A stretch of DNA of 64,000 nucleotides from Bacilli bacterium (lineage in GTDB: Bacteria; Bacillota_I; Bacilli_A; RF39; UBA660), in contig JAEETF010000016.1 of assembly GCA_016290195.1 (NCBI GenBank), positions 12,879-76,878 on the forward strand. The letters are read 5' to 3'. Below, piece by piece: positions 9,524-17,606 of the stretch (position 1 is its first letter; each line of letters begins with the position of its first letter). Under the pieces are notes generated by a model. The model was not told the origin of the DNA. It saw only the letters and a program-made list of their open reading frames with translations, and did no database searches. The position numbers were made by a program, and so were the translations under genes.

Positions 9524-9585
9524 TATGTTTCCAAATACATACCACATCGAAAGCCTAATGGTTTTAGAAAGGAAGAATTAATATG
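9522..9585 (+). repeat. direct repeat copy B: a diverged, promoterless copy of the rlmD 3' end plus RBS spacer, fused to the start of the next gene
   Basis: Would encode DMFPNTYHIESLMVLERKN*, compared with DMFPNTYHVETVMVLERKN* at the true rlmD end. Confidence 0.7.
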
Positions 9586-10302
9586 AAAATAGCAGTATTT
9601 AGTGATATTCATGGTAATTATCAAGCTACAAAAGCAATAATAGATGATATTAATAAAAATAATTTTGATGAAGTAATTTGTTTAGGTGATATAATTGGAA
9701 TTGGACCTAAACCTAAAGAATGTTTAGAACTACTACTTAATAGTGAAATTACAATTGTAGCTGGTAATCATGATTTATATTATACGAAGGGTTTAGAAAT
9801 TGATGATGAAATAACATCAGAAAATGAGATAAAACATCATCATTGGATTCATGAGTGTATAAAAGATATTCCTAAAGAAAAAATGAACTGGCCATTATCA
9901 AAAGAAATAAATGTTAATGGTAAAAAAATAGTTTTTCAGCATTATATGTTATCTAAAGATACAAGTGTTGACCCATATCCATTTGAAACTATATCAATAA
10001 GAAATATAAAAGATATTGAAGAATATTGTAAAAATATGGATTCGGATTATTTATTTATAGGACATGAACATCGAGCATTTGAAGTTCATGAAAATAATAA
10101 AAATATAATATGTGTTGGTAGTAGTGGTTGTGTAAAAACAAATAAAACGTTTTATACAATAATTGATATTAATGATGATATAAATATTACAAAAAAAGAA
10201 ATTGAATATGATAGAGATGGGTTTATAAATGATATAAAATCATATAAGTATCCTGATCAAGAGTTTATTGCTAAAGTATTACTAGGAATAGATAATTTGT
10301 AA
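9583..10302 (+). CDS. metallophosphoesterase (calcineurin-like, YfcE/MPP family)
   Basis: 'FSDIHGN', 'CLGDIIGIGP', 'GNHD', 'GHEH' phosphoesterase motifs. Confidence 0.8.
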   Translation: MKIAVFSDIHGNYQATKAIIDDINKNNFDEVICLGDIIGIGPKPKECLELLLNSEITIVAGNHDLYYTKGLEIDDEITSENEIKHHHWIHECIKDIPKEKMNWPLSKEINVNGKKIVFQHYMLSKDTSVDPYPFETISIRNIKDIEEYCKNMDSDYLFIGHEHRAFEVHENNKNIICVGSSGCVKTNKTFYTIIDINDDINITKKEIEYDRDGFINDIKSYKYPDQEFIAKVLLGIDNL

Positions 10303-10304
10303 AA

Positions 10305-10342
10305 AAATATAGTATAAAAAATATTACGTTTAACGTAATATT
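10305..10342. terminator. bidirectional intrinsic terminator between convergent genes
   Basis: Inverted repeat 'aatattacgtttaacgtaatatt' flanked by A/T runs. Confidence 0.6.
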
Positions 10343-11311
10343 TTATTTTTCAATTAAAAACGGAAGAATTTGTTCAACAGGTGTATCATGATAAATAATA
10401 TCAAATATTAAATTAATAATAGGCATCTTAATATTTTTGCTTGTAATTAATTTATGAATAGAATCTAAAGTATATAATCCTTCTATTGTGGTATTTTTGA
10501 TATAATTTTCAATTTCTTTTTTATCTTTTTTTAATCCAAGCATTTTTCCAAAAGTAAAATTTCTACTTTTAGGACTTGTACAAGTAAGAAGAATATCACC
10601 AAAGCCGGCAAAAGAAGTAATTGTTTTAGAATCACCACCAAGTTTTTCAATTAGATGTTTAATATCATTGGTAGCTTCAGTTATGAACATTGCTTGAGTA
10701 GAAATAGGTAGTCCTAAACCATCTAAAATTCCAGCAATTATGGCCATTACATTTTTAATACTTCCACATAGTTCAACACCGATAATATCTTTTGTTTCTC
10801 TTAATTTTACATGTTTATTTGCTAGAACATTTTTTGTAATATTAATTGTTTCAGTATTTTCACTAGCGATTGACAAACCAATAGGTACTTTATTTGCAAC
10901 ATCAATAGCAAATGTAGGACCAGAAATAACACATAATTTATTAGTATTAATTATTTCTTTAATAACTTTAGAAATAAATAAACAAGTATCTTGTTCTATA
11001 CCTTTAGAAGCTATACAAATATGTTTATCTTTTATGTATTCCTTATATTCAGTTATAACATTTCTAATAGTGCTAGCTGGAATAGCAATTATAACTAATT
11101 CAGAATTTATAATAGCTTTTTCAAAATCAGTAGTAATATTTATATTTTTATCAATATCAATATTTGGAAGAACAGGACTTTTTCTATTATTAATAATATA
11201 TTCTTTTTCTTCTTCAAATTTAGTCCATATTGTTACATTATGCTTATTTTCATTTGCAATAATACCTAAACATAAACCAAATGCACCAGCTCCAAGTATA
11301 CAAATATTCAT
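10343..11311 (-). CDS. gpsA: NAD(P)H-dependent glycerol-3-phosphate dehydrogenase
   Basis: 'MNICILGAGAFG' Rossmann start, 'ISGPTFAIDVA', and GpsA-like overall length. Confidence 0.9.
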   Translation of the reverse strand: MNICILGAGAFGLCLGIIANENKHNVTIWTKFEEEKEYIINNRKSPVLPNIDIDKNINITTDFEKAIINSELVIIAIPASTIRNVITEYKEYIKDKHICIASKGIEQDTCLFISKVIKEIINTNKLCVISGPTFAIDVANKVPIGLSIASENTETINITKNVLANKHVKLRETKDIIGVELCGSIKNVMAIIAGILDGLGLPISTQAMFITEATNDIKHLIEKLGGDSKTITSFAGFGDILLTCTSPKSRNFTFGKMLGLKKDKKEIENYIKNTTIEGLYTLDSIHKLITSKNIKMPIINLIFDIIYHDTPVEQILPFLIEK

Positions 11312-11416
11312 TACATCACATCCTTATTATTATTGTATCATAAAAGTTATTTATATTTGACTTTTTTAAAATTTAGAATACAATATTTATATCTAATTTA
11401 TATCTAGGGAGGTTAT

Positions 11417-12067
11417 ATGAGAAACAAATTTGAATTACTGCAGTTGCTTAAATGTTATGATCAATATCTAGATATGGAAGGTAAAAAATATTTAAATGAA
11501 TTAATTAATTTAGATATATCTTTTTTTCAAAAAAATTTATTATCTAAATACAATACTATTTATTTAAGAGGATTATCTATATATAAAGAAGCAGCATTAC
11601 ATAATATTATCGGAAAACTACAAATAAAATTTAATGATGAAAATTTTATACTGGAAAATAAATATGAAGAATTTATATTAAAAAAAGATATAGATAATAT
11701 CCTTATAAGTATTTTAGAATTAATATATAATACTGATAAGAATGAAGATTATTTTGGATTAATTATACTTTATAATTATGAATTATATAAAACTTCAGAT
11801 TTAAAAGAATTAAAAGATAAAATAAGAATATTAAAGAATCGCAGTTTGAATTATAAAGCAACTGCGTATGAAAAAATAACTTATACTAATGAACTAAATA
11901 TTTTATTAAAAAAAGAAGAGGAAATGACATTAATTAAAAATGATTCTACTAAAATAGAAAAAATTAAATTATTAAATAATATAAATGAAAAAATAAAATC
12001 ATATTTTGAAGAAAATAATTATGAAAATAGTGGTATAAAAATTAAAAATATGATTAAGAAAATTTAA
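11417..12067 (+). CDS. hypothetical Lys/Asn-rich protein
   Basis: ORF with RBS 'agggaggt'; no recognisable motif. Confidence 0.45.
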   Translation: MRNKFELLQLLKCYDQYLDMEGKKYLNELINLDISFFQKNLLSKYNTIYLRGLSIYKEAALHNIIGKLQIKFNDENFILENKYEEFILKKDIDNILISILELIYNTDKNEDYFGLIILYNYELYKTSDLKELKDKIRILKNRSLNYKATAYEKITYTNELNILLKKEEEMTLIKNDSTKIEKIKLLNNINEKIKSYFEENNYENSGIKIKNMIKKI

Positions 12068-12097
12068 AAATTTGATATAATACTAATGGTGATATAT

Positions 12098-12487
12098 ATG
12101 AGTAAAAAAATCATGATAGTAATTAGTATTTTTTCTTTATTTATTTGTGGTTGTGATAGTGATAAAAAAGAAGTAAAAACGTATGATACAGAAGTAGTTG
12201 AAAATAAAAGTGAAGTATCAGAACTTGATAAAATACTTTCTAAAAATAATTATATTATAGTTGATGTTAGAACTAAAGAATAATATGAAACAGGACATGT
12301 AAAAGGTGCTATTAATATACCTTATGATACTATTGATGATAAAACTAATTTAGATAAAAATAAAACTATTTTAGTATATTGTAAAAGTGGTGCAAGAAGT
12401 GCAAAAGCATATCAAACTTTAAAAGATTTAAAATACGATGTATATGATTTAGGAGCATATTCTAAAATTCAACTTGATAAGGAATAG
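12098..12487 (+). pseudogene. rhodanese-domain lipoprotein gene interrupted by an in-frame TAA (12281-12283)
   Basis: Lipobox 'LFICGC'. 'IVDVRTKE*YETGHVKGAINIPYD...YCKSGARS' reads as a continuous rhodanese domain except for the TAA at the position normally Glu/Gln. Confidence 0.6.
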
Positions 12488-12492
12488 ATGAT

Positions 12493-12521
12493 TTGACTTT
12501 TTAAACTGTATATGTTATAGT
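12493..12521 (+). promoter_or_regulatory. sigma-A-like promoter (TTGACT-17-TATAGT)
   Basis: 'ttgact' 12493-98 and 'tatagt' 12516-21. Confidence 0.4.
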
Positions 12522-12523
12522 AA

Positions 12524-12553
12524 CCCCCGTGGAATTAAATGGGGGATTTTTTT
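12524..12553 (+). promoter_or_regulatory. GC-clamped hairpin that includes the only SD-like element (GGGGG) of the downstream gene, followed by a U-run
   Basis: 'cccccgtggaattaaatggggg' plus 'attttttt' immediately before ATG 12554. Confidence 0.4.
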
Positions 12554-13588
12554 ATGAACATAAAACCTAGTTATTTAGTAAGAAATGAAATAAAAATTGA
12601 TAAGAGTAGTATGAAACTTCATTCACTATCGGATGCAATATTAGGTGAAAAAATAGATTCAAATATTCCTAATTTAGATAAATATGTTAATTTATATCAA
12701 AAAAATAGAAAAAAATTAGAAGATTCATTTGAACATTCATTAACTCTTACGATTGAAGAATTAAGATATTTAAGTAATTTGTATCCCAAAAAATTAAAGA
12801 AATTTAAAATATGGCTTTATATTCAAAAACCAGGAGAAATTGGATATGAAGAATTAAAAAAATTTAAAAATAACTTTAATATGTATGCAGTTGTTGTAAA
12901 TAATTTAATGACAAAGCATGGGAAATTTAAACCACATATGATTAATTATAATTTATATCTTGAATACTCTAAAAAATTATGGGATATTGTAAGTAATATT
13001 GATTATGAAGAATGCTATAATTCTAATAATCCGCAAATAAATGTTTTTTGTAAGCTTTTAAAAGAAATAGTTAATAATGTTCAAAGAGGAGATGCAGACG
13101 AAAGTTATACTGAAAAACTTAGTAAAAATTTACAAAAATTTGAAAGAATTCCAGATGAAATAATTGGCTTAGTAAGTGGCGAATGTGTATGTCGTGGGAT
13201 GAGTGGAATTATTAGAGATGCTTGTGCATTAATAGGTATTAAAACAAAAGTTATTAAGGGTGAAAGAGATATAGATGGTCATGCATGGAATCAAGTAAAA
13301 TTAAATGGTAATTGGTATAATGTTGATTTAACATGGGATCATGCAAATATTAAGAAAAATATGGCACCATATTTTATTTTGAAAAGTAATAAAGAATTTA
13401 ATAGAACACGTGTAATGGATGAATCTAATAATATATGTTGTCATGGCGATTATATTTATAAAAGAACACTAGAACATGAATGTAATGTTTCTATTCCAAA
13501 TGAAATGGTAGAGTATTATTTATATAATTCGAAAGCAAAAGATGTTAAAAATGAAGGAAGAATTAAAAAAATGTTATTACATTATTAG
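12554..13588 (+). CDS. transglutaminase-like cysteine protease-fold protein
   Basis: Cys-His-Asp core: 'GECVCRGMSG', 'DGHAWNQV', 'NVDLTWD'. Confidence 0.55.
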   Translation: MNIKPSYLVRNEIKIDKSSMKLHSLSDAILGEKIDSNIPNLDKYVNLYQKNRKKLEDSFEHSLTLTIEELRYLSNLYPKKLKKFKIWLYIQKPGEIGYEELKKFKNNFNMYAVVVNNLMTKHGKFKPHMINYNLYLEYSKKLWDIVSNIDYEECYNSNNPQINVFCKLLKEIVNNVQRGDADESYTEKLSKNLQKFERIPDEIIGLVSGECVCRGMSGIIRDACALIGIKTKVIKGERDIDGHAWNQVKLNGNWYNVDLTWDHANIKKNMAPYFILKSNKEFNRTRVMDESNNICCHGDYIYKRTLEHECNVSIPNEMVEYYLYNSKAKDVKNEGRIKKMLLHY

Positions 13589-13642
13589 TTCTTCTTTTTT
13601 CTTTTATAAAATTAGAGTATAATAAAATTAGGAAGAGATATT

Positions 13643-14254
13643 ATGACAAAGTATTATGATTTTAGAAAAGAAATTAATATTAAAGATTTAGATGAAATAA
13701 TAAAAAATTTTAATGATAATGGAGTAGTTATTTTTCCTACTGAAACGGTATTTGGAATTGGTGGTAATGCTTTTTCAAATGAAGTTATAAATAGAATCTA
13801 TGATATAAAACAAAGACCTATATCAAAGAATGTTAATATTATGGTTGGAAATAAAAAACAAATAGAAGAGTATGCATATGTAAATGAAAAAGAGAAAAAA
13901 ATAATAGAAAAATATATGCCTGGTGAAATTACAATAATATTAAAAAAGAAGAAAGAACTTAATAGTTATGCTTTTGATAATGATACTATAGGTATTCGCA
14001 TTCCAAATAATAATATAATGCTTAAAATACTTTCTAAATTAGAATTTCCAATTGTTGCAACAAGTGCCAATATAAGTGGCGATGGTAATTATAATTATGA
14101 AGATATTAAAAAACATTTTGATGGTAAAGTAGATGCGATTATTAATGGAGTAGTAGGTTCTAATACCCCTTCTACTATAGTTAAAGTAGTAAATAATAAT
14201 ATTGAGGTATTAAGACAAGGAAAGATAGTAATAGATAGTGAGTTGATAAAATGA
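13643..14254 (+). CDS. tsaC: L-threonylcarbamoyladenylate synthase (YrdC/YwlC/TsaC family)
   Basis: 'VVIFPTETVFGIGGNAFS', 'IGIRIPNN', 'VATSANISG'. Confidence 0.8.
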   Translation: MTKYYDFRKEINIKDLDEIIKNFNDNGVVIFPTETVFGIGGNAFSNEVINRIYDIKQRPISKNVNIMVGNKKQIEEYAYVNEKEKKIIEKYMPGEITIILKKKKELNSYAFDNDTIGIRIPNNNIMLKILSKLEFPIVATSANISGDGNYNYEDIKKHFDGKVDAIINGVVGSNTPSTIVKVVNNNIEVLRQGKIVIDSELIK

Positions 14255-15081
14255 TAGAATTTCATGCTGATGATTATGGTATGACTATAAAACAAAGTAA
14301 GAGAATTATTGAATGTATTGATAATGGAGTTTTAAATGGAATTAGTTTGATGCCTAATAGTCCTAATTTAGATGAATGTATGAATTTACTTCAAAATCGT
14401 GATGTAAAAATAGCTATTCATTTTAATTTTTGCGAAGGTAAATGTTTATCAGAAGAAAGAATAATTGCTAAAAGTGGCAATTTTGAACCTAATTTTATTA
14501 AATTACTTTTAGTTTCTTATATACCTTTTGAAAGAAAAAAATATAAAAATGCTTTTAAAAAAGAAATTGAAAAACAAATAGAGGCAGTATCAAAGTATTA
14601 TACTAATAAACCATATCGTATTGATTCTCATTGTCATTATCATATGCTTCCAGTAATATTTGATGCTTTAATGGAAGTAATAGAAGAGAAAAAAATGGAT
14701 GTTGAATATATACGTATTCCTATTGAAAAAAAATTAAAGATTAAACCTAAAAATGTACCTTTTGTTAATAGAATTAAAAATTTAATATTAAAAATATTAT
14801 ATAAACGTGATAAATTTAAAAATAAAAAACTAATTAAATATGGTAATAAAGAATTTTTAGGCATATTATTTTCAGGACATATGTTTTATGAAAGCGTTAG
14901 TGTAATGTTACAAAATAAATTAGATAATATTGAAATACTATTTCATCCAGGCGCAATTTATGAGAAGGAAGATATGGATATTATTACTAATAAATTTGAT
15001 CTAGAATTTTTAACTAGTCCAAATCGTCAAAAAGAGGGCGAAGCTACTATTAAAATAAAAAATGATTTAGAGAAAATGTGA
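14251..15081 (+). CDS. YdjC/ChbG-family carbohydrate deacetylase
   Basis: 'EFHADDYGMT', 'IDSHCHYHMLP' metal-binding motifs; ATGA overlap with tsaC. Confidence 0.7.
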   Translation: MIEFHADDYGMTIKQSKRIIECIDNGVLNGISLMPNSPNLDECMNLLQNRDVKIAIHFNFCEGKCLSEERIIAKSGNFEPNFIKLLLVSYIPFERKKYKNAFKKEIEKQIEAVSKYYTNKPYRIDSHCHYHMLPVIFDALMEVIEEKKMDVEYIRIPIEKKLKIKPKNVPFVNRIKNLILKILYKRDKFKNKKLIKYGNKEFLGILFSGHMFYESVSVMLQNKLDNIEILFHPGAIYEKEDMDIITNKFDLEFLTSPNRQKEGEATIKIKNDLEKM

Positions 15082-15243
15082 CATTTTTGCTTTACAAAAT
15101 ATAGAAAAATACAAATTTGTGAAATTTTACTTAAAATTATAAATATTACTTTTTAAATTATAAAAGTAATAAAATTGCAAGATAATGTTATTTTTCGACA
15201 AAATTACTATTAATGTATATAAATGTAAATGAAAGGATTAAAA

Positions 15244-15576
15244 ATGAAAAAATATATGAAAGATTATATTAATAAAATAGATGAATTATTAAATAAAAAT
15301 GAAAAGATTAATAATGAAATTATATCAGAGCATTTAATTAAAATTAGTTTTTTTCAGCATGAAAGATTAATACATTTATTAGTAACACTTTTTTATGCAT
15401 TATTTGTCTTTATATTTTTAGCTTTTTCTATATGGATAACATATCAATTTTTAATAGTTGAATTAATACTATTAGTATTTTTAGGTTTTTATATTAAACA
15501 TTATTTCTTTTTAGAAAATGGTGTTCAATATATGTATAAACAATATGATAAAATGAAAAATAAGTTGACAAAATAA
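15244..15576 (+). CDS. hypothetical small two-TM membrane protein
   Basis: RBS 'gaaagga' before ATG 15244; two hydrophobic helices. Confidence 0.4.
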   Translation: MKKYMKDYINKIDELLNKNEKINNEIISEHLIKISFFQHERLIHLLVTLFYALFVFIFLAFSIWITYQFLIVELILLVFLGFYIKHYFFLENGVQYMYKQYDKMKNKLTK

Positions 15577-15625
15577 ACTATGTATGATAATTTAGTTATG
15601 AATTTGAAGTGAAAGGAGTGAGAAA

Positions 15626-15709
15626 ATGAAGAAATTTTATTGTTTTTATAATTATGTAGTATTGAGTAAAGATAAGTGGAAAGGAGTTTCTTCATTTTTC
15701 ACTTGTTAA
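15626..15709 (+). CDS. 27-codon upstream ORF (MKKFYCFYNYVVLSKDKWKGVSSFFTC): candidate leader peptide or exported peptide
   Basis: Strong RBS 'gaaaggagtgag' 6 nt upstream. Contains an internal SD-like 'ggaaaggag'. Its stop lies 6 nt before a hairpin. Confidence 0.35.
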   Translation: MKKFYCFYNYVVLSKDKWKGVSSFFTC

Positions 15710-15715
15710 CTATGC

Positions 15716-15746
15716 AGACTACATAATATATGTAGTCTTTTATTTT
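15716..15746 (+). terminator. intrinsic terminator or attenuator between the upstream ORF and the ABC exporter gene
   Basis: Stem 'agactacat'/'atgtagtct' with loop 'aatat', then 'tttatttt'; only ~10 nt before the exporter RBS. Confidence 0.5.
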
Positions 15747-15756
15747 GGGAGGTATT

Positions 15757-17487
15757 ATGAAAAATTTAAGAGAAATAAAACCTCTAATAAAATTTATTGA
15801 TGAAAAGGGAAAACTTATTTTTGCTAGTATTATGATTTTTTTATCAGGTATAGTAGGAATATGTTCTGGCTATTTAAATGGTGCTGCTATTGAATCTATA
15901 ACTAATATGGATGTTAAAATGGCATTAATATATTTATTAATTTATTTTATTTTAGAAATTACTTTTGATGGAGTATTTATTCAATGTGCAAATGCATCAT
16001 TATATAAAATTGAAAGTAAAATTACACGAAAATTAGGTTATGAAACATATAAAAAGACACTAGATTTACCATCTGAGGCATTTGAAGTACATACATCTGG
16101 TGAATTTATAAATCGTATCACTGGTGATGCTGATTGCTTAAGTTTTGCATTTGGTCGTCTTTTACATATGTTTTCTGAATTAATTGCGGCATTAATTATT
16201 ATTGTATATGTCTTTATTAATTCATGGATTATTGGATTAGAAATAATATGTTTCTTAATTATATTTTTTATAGTTATTAAGAAATATAATCCAGTTGTTG
16301 AAAAAATTCATAAAGATCGAAAAGCAGGACAAGATAAGTTTGCTTCTTTAACAAATGAATCAATTAGGGGTATAAGAGAAATAAAAACATTAGGTATTAA
16401 AAATAATGTCTTAAATGATATGAAAGAAATAATTAAGATTATTTTTGCTACTTCTAAAAAAGAAATAGATATTAATAATAAATTTAATATTATTACAAGA
16501 GTTCTTAGAACTATGTTAGAAGTAGGAACATTTATAATCTGTGTTATTTTACTTTATTATGGAAAAGTAACACTTACATTTTTTGTTGCTATGACATATT
16601 ATGTTTATAGATATATGTGGTTAATTGAAAATTTAAATGATTTAACAATTACATACCAAAAAACAATAGTATCTATTAAACGTGTTAATGAAATAGTATT
16701 AAATAAATTATATGAAGATGAAAAATTTGGTAATATAGAACTTACTAATAATAAAGGTATAATTGAATTTAAAAATGTTTCATTTTCATATCCTAATAAA
16801 GTTGAAACATTAAATAATTTTAATTTAAAATTAGAGCCACATAAAAAGATTGCGATTATTGGTAAATCTGGCCAAGGAAAATCAACATTATTTAATTTAC
16901 TTACTAGAATTTTTGATGTAAAATCTGGTGAAATATTATTAGATGGTGTTAATATTAAAGATTTAACTGAAAAAAATCTTCGAAATCAAATATCTATAAT
17001 AAGACAAGAACCTTTTGTATTTAACAGGTCCATAAAAGAAAATTTTGAAATTGTACGTAAAAACATAACTCTTGAAGAAATAAGAAAGTATTGTAAAGAT
17101 GCTTATATTGATGAATATATCATGAGTTTAGATGATAAGTATGATACTATTCTTGGAGAAGGTGGTATTAATTTATCTGGAGTTCAAAAACAAAGACTTG
17201 CTATTGCACGTACATTATCTAAAGGGGGAAAAGTAATTTTATTTGATGAAGCAACTAGTGCACTTGATAATGAATCACAAGAATATATTAAGAAGGCAAT
17301 AGATAAACTTGTAAAAAATCATACTGTAGTTATAATTGCTCATCGTTTATCAACAATTGAAGATGCCGATATTATTTATGTGATAGATAAAGGCCAAGTT
17401 GTATCATCAGGAACACATAATGAATTATTAAAAACAAGTAAAATTTATCAAAAACTTTATGAAAAAGAAGCTTTAAATTCGAAATAA
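15757..17487 (+). CDS. ABC exporter, fused transmembrane and ATP-binding domains (MsbA/BmrA-like half transporter)
   Basis: Walker A 'GKSGQGKST', signature 'LSGVQKQR', Walker B 'ILFDEATSALD', H-loop 'IAHRL'. RBS 'gggaggt'. Confidence 0.85.
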   Translation: MKNLREIKPLIKFIDEKGKLIFASIMIFLSGIVGICSGYLNGAAIESITNMDVKMALIYLLIYFILEITFDGVFIQCANASLYKIESKITRKLGYETYKKTLDLPSEAFEVHTSGEFINRITGDADCLSFAFGRLLHMFSELIAALIIIVYVFINSWIIGLEIICFLIIFFIVIKKYNPVVEKIHKDRKAGQDKFASLTNESIRGIREIKTLGIKNNVLNDMKEIIKIIFATSKKEIDINNKFNIITRVLRTMLEVGTFIICVILLYYGKVTLTFFVAMTYYVYRYMWLIENLNDLTITYQKTIVSIKRVNEIVLNKLYEDEKFGNIELTNNKGIIEFKNVSFSYPNKVETLNNFNLKLEPHKKIAIIGKSGQGKSTLFNLLTRIFDVKSGEILLDGVNIKDLTEKNLRNQISIIRQEPFVFNRSIKENFEIVRKNITLEEIRKYCKDAYIDEYIMSLDDKYDTILGEGGINLSGVQKQRLAIARTLSKGGKVILFDEATSALDNESQEYIKKAIDKLVKNHTVVIIAHRLSTIEDADIIYVIDKGQVVSSGTHNELLKTSKIYQKLYEKEALNSK

Positions 17488-17510
17488 AAAGATAAAATTA
17501 TCTTTTTATT
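17487..17510 (+). terminator. intrinsic terminator after the ABC gene
   Basis: 'aaagataaaattatcttttt'. Confidence 0.5.
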
Positions 17511-17606
17511 TTTTTACTTTTAATGTAAAGTATAATGTAAAATAATTTAAAAAATATATGATAATAATAATAATAATGATATAATGACCATAGAGTAGGT
17601 GAACTT

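Noticed and set aside
10740-11360. 206-aa + strand ORF
   Set aside because: It lies entirely antisense within gpsA and has hydrophobic low-complexity translation typical of AT-rich antisense frames. No RBS.
12281-12283. Possibility that TAA is recoded (alternative genetic code) instead of a nonsense mutation in the rhodanese gene
   Set aside because: TAA terminates many well-supported genes in this window (for example the amidase, spo0A and pgk), so standard code 11 applies.
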